DNA from: Octopus sinensis
Lineage: Eukaryota
Direction of reading: 5' to 3'
Assembly: GCF_006345805.1 (NCBI RefSeq)
Contig: NC_043001.1
Span: forward strand, 2,480,001-2,544,000
DNA length: 64,000 bases
Of the stretch, positions 12,843 to 26,611 are shown piece after piece. How positions within the stretch are numbered: position 1 is the stretch's first letter; every line of letters begins with the position of its first letter. The notes beneath the pieces were generated by a model. It ran no database searches. It was not told where the DNA came from and saw only the letters and a program-made list of their open reading frames with translations. The position numbers and the translations under genes were made by a program.

Positions 12843-14636
12843 TTCTGTTTTTTTTTTTTAATGCTGGGGAGAAATCTTGCCGGGTCAGGTTCTTCCGAAA
12901 TTTTATTTTATTCTGCAAGAATTGAAAAAAAAAGTAAAAATTCTTGTTTTGTTGATGTTGTTATTGTTGTTGTCATCATAGCTGTCATTATTATTTAGCC
13001 CTAGGTCAGCCCTAGATGAACAGTTGTTGTCATAAAGAGACTTGTGGTTATTGTTTAGAACCAAATCAGTCTTGACCAGACAGACCTATTATCGAAGCCA
13101 CTTCCAGTCATGACCATCAAGACCTGATGCAGGCATGGCTGAGTGGTAAGAAGTTTGCTTCCCAACCACATCATGGTTCCAGGTTCAGTCCCATTGTATG
13201 GCACCTAAGGTAAAGGTTTTGTGAGAAATATAGGTAGATGGAAACTGACAGAAGTCTGTTGTAAATATATGTAAGTGTGCATGTGTGTGTGTGTGTGTGA
13301 GTCTTTGCATCAGTGTTTACCAACTCCCACCTGGCAACCGGTGTTGGTGTGTTTACATCCTCATAACTTAACAGTTCAACAAAAGAGACCTACTTTGCTC
13401 CAGCATGACCACAGCCTAATGTCTGAAACAAGTGAACAATAAAAGATCCCATATATATTTCAGGCACAATGCATCTTGGACAACCTGATCCAATGTGAAC
13501 TTCTACCTCGAAGAGTGTAGGGCATGACTGGAAGGAGATTTAGTTTTAACAGACTGAGCGACTTAAAAGAGTTATTAGGGAGCAAGATTGAATGCTTTGT
13601 GGTATTTGTTCTGACGCTCTCAGTGCTGAGTTCAAACCTTGCCTAAGTCATTTCTGTCTTTTGTTATTTTAGACTCAATAAAAATGCCTGAGTGGCAGAC
13701 AATGGTGATGGAGAGAGTCTGCCATGCTTGCATTTCTGTTGCCAAGCATTTAAAGCCAGTCAGAGATTTCCTCCCTCCCTGCCTCCGACATGTCTCAGAG
13801 GTCTTGTAGCAAGTCATGGCCGTCTAAGAGATCAAACTTGTAGCATTTCAACCGTCCATATCTTGCCCTGTATATTCTAACCATTCCATGTTAAAACTGG
13901 CCACATCTGGCCTCTCACACCTATCCTGACAATCTTATTCAAAGCAAACAATCACATTGTCAAAATCTCAAAACTACGATACAATGATTCATTGAAAATG
14001 GTGTGAATACATAAGCGTCACATTTGGCAGGATAAGCAGAAGGCTAAAGGGTTAAAAGGAAAATACATAGGTAGGGGAGCGTGTGTATGTGTGTATTTGC
14101 ATGTGTCTGTGTATTTGCATGCATATGGTAGGTGCTGTGGGTGTGTTGCCTGCTATCATCCAAGTAGACTGTTGTCAGGTGACTGAGGTGCAGTGTTTAA
14201 ACAAGCTGTACTATGACTGTAGTTGAAGCTGAGCTCATCGAATATAGAGGGGGTTTGGGCTCATCAAATAGAGGGTGTTTGGGCTAAATTTGACAGCATA
14301 GGAAGAATAGAAAACACAATAACACATCTCCAACAAATTATGGTTGCAAGATAAACATTTACTCCAAGTAGCCAGGCTCAGTTTGCATCTTAAGATGGAT
14401 CTGGAAGCTTGTGCAGTGAAACTGAACCTCAAGTTAAATGTATGCATGCATTTATTTATTTATGTTTGTATGCATTTAAGTATCATCATCATCATCATCA
14501 TCATCATCATTTAACGTATGTCTTCCCTGTTGGCGCATGGGATATATATATATATATATCTATATATATATACATATAGCTATATGTATATATGTATACA
14601 TATATATATATATATAAACATATATACATACATATG

Positions 14637-14667
<31 letters not shown>

Positions 14668-14897
14668 GTATATGTATGTAAGTATGTATGAATGTAGGTA
14701 GGTAGGAGTATATATATGTTTGTGTTTGTGTATATGTATAAATAAGTGTATATACATATATATACATATATCTTATGAGGAGAATATCTTAATCTCATTG
14801 ATTCTGCCTTTTAGGGAAACAAATTCATGGTACTGATTCAAACTGAATGTGAAATATTCTGGCAAACCTCACAAATTTGTTGGCTGATAATCCTTAC

Positions 14898-14970
14898 CGT
14901 TAATATGGTAATGTACAGATTATTTTGAAGAGCAGAATAATTAGCACAAAGTTGCTGAAGCTTTTGAAAG
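14898..14970 (-). CDS. Candidate 73-nt exon (FQKLQQLCANYSALQNNLYITILT)
   Basis: Donor ACG|GTAAGG; weak AAG acceptor; phase 2 in and phase 0 out. Confidence 0.25.
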
Positions 14971-16322
14971 CTTAAATCACAAACAATGGCTCAGTTTCCT
15001 ATTAAGAAAGACAGATTATGTCTTTTCAACTTGATCCCCTTAAAACCAGGCAGATATCTCTACCACTTGATGTCAAGTATCATCAACCATTAAGTACATG
15101 GCGGTGAATAATTGTCTTTCGATGGATACTAAAGACAGGATCTAGGTTCATTGAATAGTTTACCAAGTGAATCAGATGTCTTTATCAGCATCCTGTTATC
15201 TGCAATTGTATGTGATAAAGCAATACGGTGATCACCACTGTTTAATGTCTCTGTTTCTTGTTGGCATGGGTTGAGTGGTTTGATGGGATCTTTTGAACCC
15301 AAGAACTGTAATGGACTCCAATTTCTGCAGCTGGTTGTTCTTCCTGGGAAAGGCGGTGAGTGGCAGAAACGTTAGCACACCGGTCGAAATGCTTAGCAGT
15401 ATTTCGTCTACCACTACGTTCTGAGTTCAAACTCCGCTGAGGTCAACTTTGCCTTTCATCCTTTCGGGGTCGATTAAATAAGTACCAGTTACGCACTGGG
15501 GTCGATATAATTGGCTTAATCCGTTTGTCTGACCTTGTTTGTCCCCCTCTGTGTTTAGCCCCTTGTGGGTAGTAAAGAAATAGGTTGTACTTCCTGGTAC
15601 CAACCACTTTACAGTGTATATCAGGTGCATTTTTTTGTGCCACTAGCACAAGTAAGATTACCATGAAGTTTGCAAGGTTACAAACCCTGAGGAAGCAGCT
15701 TTGTTCTAGCGGTTGAGGGCTGGAGGATTAGAAAAGGGCTCAGAGTAGAAGAGATTTCTTGCTGTTTTAGAGTTATGTAACATATTTTAGGAGAGAGAGA
15801 GGGTGGGAATGATCAGGTGGGTGTGGAAAGAAATAAAAACAGAGAGTGTGTTTATGTCCCTATAACTTAACATTTCAGCAAAAAGAGACTGATAGAATAA
15901 GTACTAGGCTTACAAAGAATAAGTCCTGGGGTTGAATTTTTCAACTAAAGGTGGTGCTCCAGGATGGCTGCAATCAAATGACTGGAAAAGAATAAAAGAA
16001 TATAAGAATATATATATGTATATATATATAACGACCTCGAAGCCACAAGTGTAAACAAGAGAGACAGAGAAAGGCAGAAACAAGGAAAATGCCACTTATA
16101 TTTGAACGCTATACAAATATTCCTTTAAAAAAACTTTTCTTTTAAGTTTTCTTAATTTAATTATTTAATCGTTACAGTTGAAAAGGTCTCAAAATGACTG
16201 AAACCGGTACTGAAATGTTCTTTATAAAATTATTTTAGCATTTTCTATCTTGACTTGTTTTTTCATATATATATATATATATATATATACATACACATAC
16301 ACATATACATATACATATACAT

Positions 16323-16353
<31 letters not shown>

Positions 16354-16919
16354 CATACGTACACACACACACACACAACTTGATTCTCTCATATTTGGCT
16401 TACCAAATCTTCTCACAATGCTTTGATCAACGGAAGGATATAGCAGAAGACATTTTCCCAAGGTGCCACACAGTGGGACTGAACTTAGAACCATTTGGTT
16501 AGGAAGCAAATGTTTTACCACACAGCTATGCCTGCGCCTCTGTCATAAAAAAAAAAAGAAAGAAAAATATGGGATGGCCATGGCTAGAATGCCCTTTGGT
16601 TATTGGTCTGCTCTGATCATGGCTGAACTGAAGTTAAACAACAACAGTAGCAACAATAGCAAGAATATTATTGCAATTGTTTTCATTGCTGATATTTTCA
16701 TCATCATCATCATCATCGTCGTCGTTGTCATCATCACCATCATCACCATCATCATCATCATCATCATCATCACCACCACCATCATCACCATCATCACCAT
16801 CATCATCATCATCATCATCATCATCGTCATCATCATCATCATCATAATTATCATGATTATTTCTGCTATGTTTTGATCATTTCCAATGTGTTTTTATATC
16901 CTTCACCTCCCCACCTTAC

Positions 16920-16986
16920 CTTCCTCCAAAGTTAACACGAGCGCAGCCGCAGTGTGATATCGGAATATTTCAATATTTCCATTAGA
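16920..16986 (-). CDS. Candidate 67-nt exon (SNGNIEIFRYHTAAALVLTLEE)
   Basis: Donor AAG|GTAAGG is good; acceptor GTGTTGACTAG is weaker; locally CpG-containing unique sequence. Confidence 0.3.
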
Positions 16987-17261
16987 CTAGTCAACACAAA
17001 CAGACCATTCCTTTAACATTGCGATTATCTGTCTCCAACTAAGCAAATTCAATAATATAACTTTACAAGATCGCTTACTTCTAATATCTAATAACTTATT
17101 TTCATGTCTTTCTTACCGATTCCAGTTCCTCACTCTCCTCCTTTATAAATGTGTGTATGTAAACACACACACACACACATACATACATGTGTGTGTCTGT
17201 TTACAAATATATGTGTGCAGTTGTGTATTTCTTTGTACATGTAAACTCGCTCATGTATATA

Positions 17262-17358
17262 GAGATAAATAAATGGATAGATAGACAGATAGATAGAGAT
17301 AGACAGAGATAGATAGAGAGATAAATAGATAGATAGATAGATAGACAGAGAGATAGAG

Positions 17359-17445
<87 letters not shown>

Positions 17446-17468
17446 CAGATAGAGATAGATTGAGAGAG

Positions 17469-17523
<55 letters not shown>

Positions 17524-17580
17524 CAGACAGATAGATAGATAGACAGACAGATAGAGATAGATAGATAAATAGATATAGGG

Positions 17581-17641
<61 letters not shown>

Positions 17642-17670
17642 TATCGATAGATAGATAGACAGACAGACAG
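17262..17670. repeat. (GATA)n microsatellite
   Basis: Direct reading. Confidence 0.95.
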
Positions 17671-18025
17671 TGTCTTTCTGTTATGTTCTTCTTCCCATCC
17701 CACTTCATTCAATGGTTAAATGCTTTATTTGATCTCTGATTAGAAAATTTGCAAAAGTCGTTGATGAACGACTTTGATCTGACTTCTGAGCTTTTCCTCC
17801 TAAAGACTGTTACTATTAAACTTTGAAGACAATAACAGTGACTTCCAAGTTTCATTAAATTTAACTTTTTCAAACTTTAGCTAAAACATGGCTAAAACTT
17901 TGAAGTCCCTGTCAGCTTTTTGAAATCAATATTTAGCTCTGTCCCATCTATTGAATCCTTTATTTAGGTAACAGTTGCTGTGTTTGATGTCCCACGACAT
18001 CACTGTAGTACCTGATCACTGTAGT

Positions 18026-18390
18026 GCAATGGCCCAGTGGTTAGGGCAGTGGACTTACTGTCATAGGATTGCGGCTTCGGTTCCCAAACCAAGCACTGTG
18101 AGTGATTATTGAGCGAAAACACTTACAAGCTCCACAAGGCTCCAGCAGGGGCTTGTGGTGAACCCTGCTCTACTCTTTCACCACAACTTTCTCTCACTCT
18201 TTCTTCCTGTTTCTCTTGTACCTGTTTTTCAAAGGGGCCAGCCTTGTCACACTCTGTGTCATGCTGAATTTCTCTGAGAACTACATTAAAGGTACACATG
18301 TCTGTGGAGTACTCAGCCACTTGCACATTAATTTCATGAGCAGGATGTTCCCTTGACAGGATCAACTGGAACCCCCATTGTCACGACCAA
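18026..18390 (+). mobile_element. Family E tRNA-head SINE
   Basis: A box TGGCCCAGTGGTTAGG with B-box-like GGCTTCGGTTCCC; related segments at about 18920-19150, 35475-35790 (-), 40485-40600. Confidence 0.7.
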
Positions 18391-18546
18391 CAAAGTGCCC
18401 CCTGATAATTCATGGCAGGGGTTCCAATGGCTCAGTCTCACAATCCCATTCTCAACACTTTTCAGCGTGGAGCACCAGTTTCCCCTGACATGATGTTTAA
18501 TCGAAAGACTGAGGAGCATGCCACTGAAATGGTTCTTTATTTTTAC

Positions 18547-18710
18547 CGATTTCCATTTTCTTCTTCTTCTTCTTCTTTCTGTTTACATTTGTGAATCATG
18601 TTGTTTTTCCCTGAATTATTACCTCCCTTGATTTTAGCTCTTGCTGATCGAAACATTGTTGTGAGAAAAATATGTATGACCTCATCTTCGAATTTCCTTT
18701 TGCCTGACGG
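18547..18710 (-). CDS. Candidate exon (PSGKRKFEDEVIHIFLTTMFRSARAKIKGGNNSGKNNMIHKCKQKEEEEEENGN); ATG at 18656, phase 2 end
   Basis: Acceptor GTCTCTTTTAG; 164 nt open; donor CG|GTAAAA; an alternative donor at 18623 (GAG|GTAATA) makes the frame ambiguous. Confidence 0.45.
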
Positions 18711-21086
18711 CTAAAAGAGACTTTAACAAAAATTATATTAAGAGAGATAGATTTTATATCGTATATCATATATCATGTTTCACCCCCATTCTCTTTCTTA
18801 ATGTATATTCTCGTTGAAGATAGCATAGAGCTGTATCATGTTGAGAAATCAATTGTGTTTATCATTTCACTAGGTTTTCTGTCTGAAAAATAGGAGAAAG
18901 CTTCTCTTCCATTCTGTGTATGGCCAACTGGTTAGAGCTGTTAGGATAACGTTGATGAGCACATGAGTTCAATTCCTGGACTGACTGAAGCATTGTCTCT
19001 TTGAAAAAGGTACTTTTTTTCACAATGGTCAAGTTTGCTCAGCTGAAAATGAGAACCAGCAAAACCCTGTGGCATCTCTTTCTCCCTCAGGATTACACTG
19101 AATCAAGGATAAAACTGTTGAGAGGGTGAACATATCTGCTCATGCAACCTGACCTTCTCAGACCTGGGCCCCTGTGTCCAACTTTACTCTTTACCTGGAC
19201 TTCTGGCCAAAAATATAAATAGTTACATATACAACCCAAGAGTAATTTTAGCTGGCAAAATAATGGACAGAATCACAAAAAACCATTCAGGAGAATAACA
19301 ATGATAGGCCTATCACTCAACTACCGTATTTGTTTACCTAAATTGCTTCTTTCCTCACCATTTTCACCTGACTGATTGTCAGAACTACTTTCATAGCTTG
19401 TATAAAGGGTAAATTCTTTGTATGAAGAATAAACATCACCAAAAACTTCTTCAATATTCCAGGCGTTGCTTGTTTACCTGATGAAGTGCTGGATTCATTA
19501 CATGCTTTGTTTAATTGTGAAAACACCTGGGTTTCATTTTTTTATTAAAACCAAAAGTAAACATCAAGTGGGGAAACCATGTGACAATGAGTCATCAACA
19601 CACATGACTACAAAGCTGCAATAAGATTGGCTGTCTATTTTTAGTATTTTATCTTCTTTTCCTTTATGTTTTGTTCGTTACAGCTTTAATGGGAATTTGG
19701 CAGAGATTAAGTTTAGGCGATTCCCACAATATCAGGGAACAATGTGATAGAATTAATAGAATGGTAAAAACATGCTGCATTTTCCCTTGTTGGAATTGGA
19801 TATCTTTTTGTTGCTCTTATTTTGACACATAACATAAAACGTCTCATCACAGATTTTCAAAGTTCCTTCATCATCATCATCATCATCGTTTAACGTCTGT
19901 TTTCCATGCTGGCATGGGTTGGACGGTTTGACTGAGGTCTGGCAAGCCATGGAGACTGCACCAGGCTTCTATCTGATATGGCAATGTTTCTACAGCTGGA
20001 CGCCCTTCCTAATGTCAACCACTACAAGAGTGTAGTGGGTGCTTTTTACATGCCATCAGCATGAAGGCCAGTCAGGTGGGGTTGGCATCGATCATGTTTG
20101 GATAGTGCCAGTCAGAGGGTACTGGCATTGGCCACATTCAGATGGTGCTTTTTATGTGCCACTTTCTTACTTGATATTCACCATCGATCACACTTCCACC
20201 TTTGTTCATAATTCATTACATTCACCTCTACCCCCATGTCTCACCATCTTTCCCTCACCTCTCACATCTTAATAAAGTCAACCCCTGATCCAGTACCCAT
20301 ATTCTCTCTTATACTCACCTTTTTTGTACCTTGAAATCTGGCTCTGGCACCACAGCACCAACATCTCTTTGCTCTTCCCACAACTCACAGCCACCCTTAT
20401 AGAATGCAAGGTGGCCGTTTATCATTACTATATCAACACACCCACGCTTGTCCTTCTAACCTGCTTTAATGTCTCAGCATCTGACATAAAGTAACCTCCC
20501 TTTCTTTCAAATATTACTCTACCACTCAGTCAATGGATTCTTTTGCTTCTCTTGCAAATTGTTTGGTGACCATACTAGTGCCAGAAAGTGTAAAAAGCAC
20601 TCGGTGCATACAGTAAATTGGTTGGTGTTATGAAGGGCGTCCAACCATAGAAAACCAAAGAAAAGAAGGAAGAGGAGCTCAATGCAGTTCTCTGGCTCCT
20701 TAGATCCGGTCAAATCATCCAACCCATTCCAGCATGCAAAATAGACGTTAAATGATGATGATGACGATGACGATGACGACGACGACGACGACGATGGTGA
20801 TGGTGATGATGATGATGATTATGATGAAGATAATGACGATGATTATGATGATGACGATGATGATGATGATGATGATGATTTTTCAAGCTTTCTTTGTAGT
20901 TAATTAGATTTAGCATTCAACTAGAAGAAAGGAGAAATTTTTAAATATTTTTTTATTAATACTTATGTTTCTTTTTTAATTGCTGACTTTAAGGAGACAA
21001 ATTATATCTACCACTAGTGTAGATATAAATAATTTTCAAAGAGTTTGTTTGTTATGTCAATGTATTGCCTATATATATGTATATAT

Positions 21087-21133
<47 letters not shown>

Positions 21134-21474
21134 TATATATGTATACATACACACAAACATATATATATATTTGCACATATTATCTTATATTTTATATTAT
21201 ATTATAATGTAATAAATAGTTAAATTGTCAATTGTATATCTCAATTTAATTTATTATTTGTAATTTGTATTTATACCCTTACTTCTGTGGTATTCAACTG
21301 CTGTACCAGTGATTTGGATATTTTACACCCCTTTGAAGGAATCGTTTTTCCCTTCCTCTGTTTATTTTCTCTTATTCCTTTCCGTTGAAGAGCATAGACT
21401 CAAAATGTAAAACACTTTTTCATTTCTCAAACATCAAACTAATACACTTGCTTTGCTTTTCTATAAAATTCAAC

Positions 21475-21517
<43 letters not shown>

Positions 21518-21699
21518 TGCAGCCTACTGGCTTGCCAGTCCAGTCAAACCATCTAGACCATGCCCGCATGGAAAGCAGACGATGATGATGATGATATATA
21601 CAGAATGCCATCTAAATTATGCAAAATGGAAATAACACTTGACATCTCATTTTAACAGATATATTTACCCAAATTACATAAAAATATTTTGAAATACTA

Positions 21700-22080
21700 A
21701 AGAGTACATTTACTGAATGAAATTGCGCTATTTCCTCCAAGTACTTGATGCAGGCGTCCATGTTGAATCTGAGGCCATGTGGGAAGATGAATGGAGGCAT
21801 TACGTCGCCATCTCTAGTGATCACTCCAAACACTGGATGTTTGATTTTTACCACTCTCAGTATATGTCATCAGACTGATACCCAAACACTTTGAAATGTC
21901 CGTAATGCAGCTTCTGGCGCAAATGCCAAGCAGTACAGCATGTCATTTCCAAATTTCTGGCAGAGTGACTTGTGTCATGGTGCTGTTTTTCACACAGACA
22001 GTGTCCAACTGACCCTACTATACTGTGTAGTTGACAAAAGCAACAACAATGTGCACGCGTGAAATTAAAAGTATAAAATG
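21700..22080 (-). mobile_element. Tc1/mariner (maT-like) transposase remnant
   Basis: KHPVFGVITRDGDVMPPFIFPHGLRFNMDACIKYLEE. Confidence 0.7.
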
Positions 22081-22111
22081 ACAACAATTTACCCATTGCT
22101 CACTGTGTATG

Positions 22112-22148
<37 letters not shown>

Positions 22149-22183
22149 GCCCCAAGGCACATTCCTAACATGCCAGCTGAGTT

Positions 22184-22505
22184 TAATTCGTCTAAGTCAA
22201 AAGACGCCTGTTTGTGACGTCCTGTTATTGTTATTATTATTATTTTTATTGTTTTTCCGTATTAGTTTTGTATTCATATTCGTGTAACATTGTCCGGTTT
22301 TCCGTCCCTGTTTTGTATACATTCGAAGCTTTTTTCCAAGGAATCTAATGTGCTTAGCTTAGTTTTTCCTTGGGGCTGGTCAGATTGGAGCAATCTCAAG
22401 ATTAATCAGGTGAAATTGCGAGGATGGTCTGGTTCTTGACTGAAGATTGAAGGCTTCGAATGTCTCGTCTGTGTTTTTTGCATCGTCTTCTAAATGTTTT
22501 GCGTT
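22184..22505. mobile_element. Unclassified dispersed repeat between (TA)n tracts, possibly Penelope-like
   Basis: CpG-retaining complex block; degenerate CTGAAGA...GAATGTC motif at 22440-22464. Confidence 0.35.
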
Positions 22506-22519
22506 CTTGTCCCAGTTTG

Positions 22520-22554
<35 letters not shown>

Positions 22555-22702
22555 GCTGTTGTGTCTGGGGAGAGTCATTTTCTTTTTTAACTATTGAAAA
22601 GGTTACAAGACGCAACGAAAATGACTCTCCCCAGACACAACAGAACATGCTTCAACACACGAACTCATATAAAGAATCTTGCAAACCAAATCGGAAAACG
22701 AA

Positions 22703-22754
<52 letters not shown>

Positions 22755-24135
22755 GTATAAAGTAATAAAGAGAGAGAGAGTGAGATATTAAAGGGGACCA
22801 CACTATTGAACTGTTGGTATTTCTGTTTTGAATATTCAGATGCTTTTGGACTTGCTAATCTGAGAGCATGTTGATTATTGCCCTGCTTATGGTTTAGCCT
22901 GAAGATTTGAGAGTCTAAATATAAAGTATTGTATAATCACATATAGATGTTACACAACTTATTTAACTGCATGTGTAATGTTATGTTACAATGAAATTTC
23001 TGAATGAAACATTTTAGTGAAACCATCCATTCATCTATTTTTGACAGAACTTGGTGTAGCTTACAGGCTCTAGTCAAACTATCCAATCCAGGCCAGTATG
23101 GGAAGCAGGTGTTAAATGATGATGATGATGATGATGATGATAGTGATGATGTTGATTATACGTGTGTACATATATATATATTAGAATGTCTCATGTTTGC
23201 TGGTTTACCTTGCAGCTAAACACTACACCAAATACTTTCTCTCCAGACTTTTGAAATCAAATGCAATCTTTTATCTTTTCGTATATTTTCTTTTCCAGTA
23301 GACATCGACCAGCAGATATTCAAACCTCATGATCAAACTCAAAATTCTTCAATTCAAATTGAATAAGAAGAATTTCAATTCTGTTCTGAGTTACAGACTT
23401 AACGTTATCACTTTGTATTATCTGAGATGCTTTGATTTGTCCTTTGGAAATTTCTAGCCAATGATATGACCATTCTTCAATGGTGAGAAAGTAAATAAAG
23501 ATGGAACCTACTGAATGCCACCAAACAGAAGGGGCCAAGGAGGTAGTTAAGACCAGGAGTGCTTTAAGGCTACCAACCTTAAAGAAAGAGGGATTAATAG
23601 GGGCTATGGCATGTTTATCATGAGTGACTGTTTGGTAAGTTGCTTACTTACCAACCACATGGTTCCAGGTTCAGTCCCACTGCGTGGCACCTTGGGCAAG
23701 TGTCTTTTACTATAGCCTCGGGCCGACCAAAGCCTTGTGAGTGGATTTGGTAGACGGAAACTGAAAGCAGCTCTTCGTATATATGTATATATCTCTGTGT
23801 GTGTTTGTGTGTGTATATATGTTTGTGTTTGTCCCCTCAACATTGCTTGACAACGGATGGTGGTGTGTTTACGTCCTCATAACTTAGCAGTTCATCAAAA
23901 GAGACTGATAGAACAAGTACTAGGCTTACAAAGAATAAGTCCTGGGTTCGACTTGCTTAACTAAAGGCAGTGCTCCAGCATGGCTGCAATCAAATGACTG
24001 AAACAAGTAAGTAAGACCAAAGTCTGAGACAGCTTTTAGCTGTAAAATCTATGTCTCTCTTGAGTGAGTTTTTAATAAAATAGAAGAGAAAATGTTTTTG
24101 AAAAGAGAATGAGAACATTCATTAGAGAAATAGGG

Positions 24136-24194
<59 letters not shown>

Positions 24195-25173
24195 AGAGAG
24201 AAAGATAAAGGTTGGAATGGTGCAAGAGAAGCAACTGGATTTAGGTTGGAGTGTTTTGCTGGTAAAATTGATAAATGCAAGAGAAACATTATAGATTTTT
24301 CTCTTTTTCTCTTTTGGTGGTTCCAGCCATTTGAATCATGATCAAATCTGGTTGTATAGTTGCCATGTAGCTTGAGGTTTGATCTCATACTTCATGGCAT
24401 CTTAGACAAGAGGCTTCTAATGTAGCCACAGAGTGACCAGAACCTTGAGTAAACCAAGAGCACATAGATATTCAGTTACATATTTAGAAGAGAGAGAGAG
24501 AGAGAGAGAGAGAAACTCTCAGTGATGTGACATATTAGACAGTTAATGGATATTCTTGGACACCATCAAAGAATACAAAGTAACTGTCAGACAGCAGTTA
24601 GTAAACAATATTTCAAACTTACCAAATGCCAACAACTTTGTTAATTATTTCTAAGAAAGAATTCTCGTTTTCTTTACGATGGCTGTATCTACTCTGACCA
24701 TTAAACTACATTTGCTTTGAACTCTTTAAGATCGTTTAAGCTTCAGGCTTTTGTAGAGAGAAAATAAGGTCTCCCTTTCCAGATTCGCAGGTGGAAGAAC
24801 CATTCTTGTGACCCCTATCTGACCAAGCTGCTTTGGAATGTCCTTTTTTTCCTTCACAGGTGTTTGAGTGTCAATCACTGAATTCATGGTGCTTCTGAGC
24901 CAGATGAGGGACCTTCAGTACATGAGGATGTCACGTGTCAATTGAAGGAAGGTCATTTTCAAACTTTCCCATTTAGTGCTGGAGTCTGGTTTCTTTCAGA
25001 GCTATTATTAGGGTCCAGACATGACCGAGGAAACTTATTTTTGACGTCATTGGGTTGGAGGTTGGGTGGGGTGGTTTGAGTAAGCATCTTCCTTTTACTA
25101 ATTTTTTTCTTCGTTAGTGAATAATGAGTTAAATTAACTTTAAAGAGGACAGCAGAAAATGGAAGGTGCTTAA

Positions 25174-25374
25174 CCCTTTTGAAACCCCCTCTGGCTCTGT
25201 AGTACAAATGTTTTGTTTTCAAAAGTTTTGAATTAAAATCTTCCACCAAACCTTAGTCACAATTTATGTTCCTAACACTAGCTTAATGATAATTAAGTTA
25301 TTTTACTAAATTCTTTGTTATATTTGAAATTAATTGAATGAAATACAGAGCATTTCAAAATAGTAACAAAAGGG
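25174..25374. mobile_element. piggyBac-like MITE
   Basis: TTAA|CCCTTTTG ... CAAAAGGG|TTAA. Confidence 0.8.
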
Positions 25375-25556
25375 TTAAAGTATTCTGAAATTACCCTTTC
25401 TGTTGTTCACCATCATGTTCAGTGCAAAGAATTTCACCAACTTAAGAAGTGTCAAAAACCATAAGATTTATCTAGAATCCTCATTATTCAATAGAATTGA
25501 TTTTGTGGCATTCAATAGATTGTCGTATTTATGAGGGATGAATTTGTTTCTTTGTA

Positions 25557-26416
25557 CATGAGGGTTGACTGTGACGTTCATCAGCTGACTATGAAGGAGT
25601 GATGCTAGAGCGAGGAAATCTTGCATGCATTCACTTCAACTCTTCATATTAATAACTGCAATGTTTCTTCCCATGAATGTAAACTGATATCTGACCATTC
25701 AAAGAAGACTTCAGAAACAACCAGTACAGACTTCTCTTGAAAATGACAAAATTTGGAATCATGGTTTCATCAAATTACTGCAGAAAAATATTTTAAACTC
25801 CAAGAACATTCATACTGACATGTTTACTATATTAGGGGGATGATCCATGCAGTGGAACCCCTCCCCTCACCTTCTTCATCAGAAGCCAAGGTCATTATTC
25901 TGTCTGCAGGGAAGGTGGTGGCTTAAGTTCTTCAGAATGCAAAAGACATTGTGTTTATTGACAATCTTCAAAAGTGTCACCTTGTCCATGGAGAGTGACC
26001 AACTTACAGAGGCAGTCACTAAAGGCTATCAAGACCAAGAAGCCAGGAAATCAGATGAAAGTGGTCTTGTTTCATCAGGAAAATGCTTCAGTACACAAGT
26101 CCGTGGTTTCAGTGTGTGACTGTGGCTTGGAACTGGCTGTTTATCCTCCATCTTCTCCTGATGTGGCCTCATCTGACTATAATCTGTTCCCCAACAGGAC
26201 AAAACGCTTGGCTGGGTACCAGTATTACAGTGATGATGATGTCATATCTGCTGTTGAAGACTTTTTTGACCAACAGGACATCTTCACTAAGGGGATCCAA
26301 GCATTACAACTCTGACCGAAGAAATGTATGGAGTGCAAGGGGAGTGGGACAGTGCTGAAAATTAGACCTCATTCCCATTCCATTGTCAGCCTATGATCCT
26401 TTCGGCTTGATCGATT
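25557..26416 (+). mobile_element. Internally deleted mariner element (transposase pseudogene)
   Basis: LFHQENASVH, YPPSSPDVASSDYNLFP, SDDDVISAVEDFF; imperfect terminal inverted repeats. Confidence 0.9.
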
Positions 26417-26466
26417 ATTGATCAGTTACCATACAAAATCTTGGATTCTTCTGAAATTTAACTTAC

Positions 26467-26611
26467 ATGGAAAAGAAGCAATGCATACAAAATAGTTTTC
26501 CTTCAAGTTCAAGATCAGCAGGGTGCACCAAAAGCACCTGAAGTTCACCATTCTTCATAAATATTTCAAGTGCAAACATATGGTCTGCATCAGGCCAAAC
26601 CACGATGGTGC
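26467..26611 (-). CDS. Candidate 145-nt coding exon (TIVVWPDADHMFALEIFMKNGELQVLLVHPADLELEGKLFCMHCFFS), phase 1 in and phase 2 out
   Basis: Acceptor TTATTTGTGCAG, perfect donor AT|GTAAGT, single open frame of 47 codons with globular-protein composition; family not recognised. Confidence 0.65.

Noticed and set aside
17752-17782. C/D-box snoRNA (TGATGA...CTGA) in a 9-bp hairpin
   Set aside because: The boxes are only about 10 nt apart, far too short for a snoRNA.
24700-25249. 96-aa minus ORF and neighbouring 53-codon ORF
   Set aside because: The long ORF starts inside the piggyBac-like MITE, the frames do not join and no motif is recognisable.
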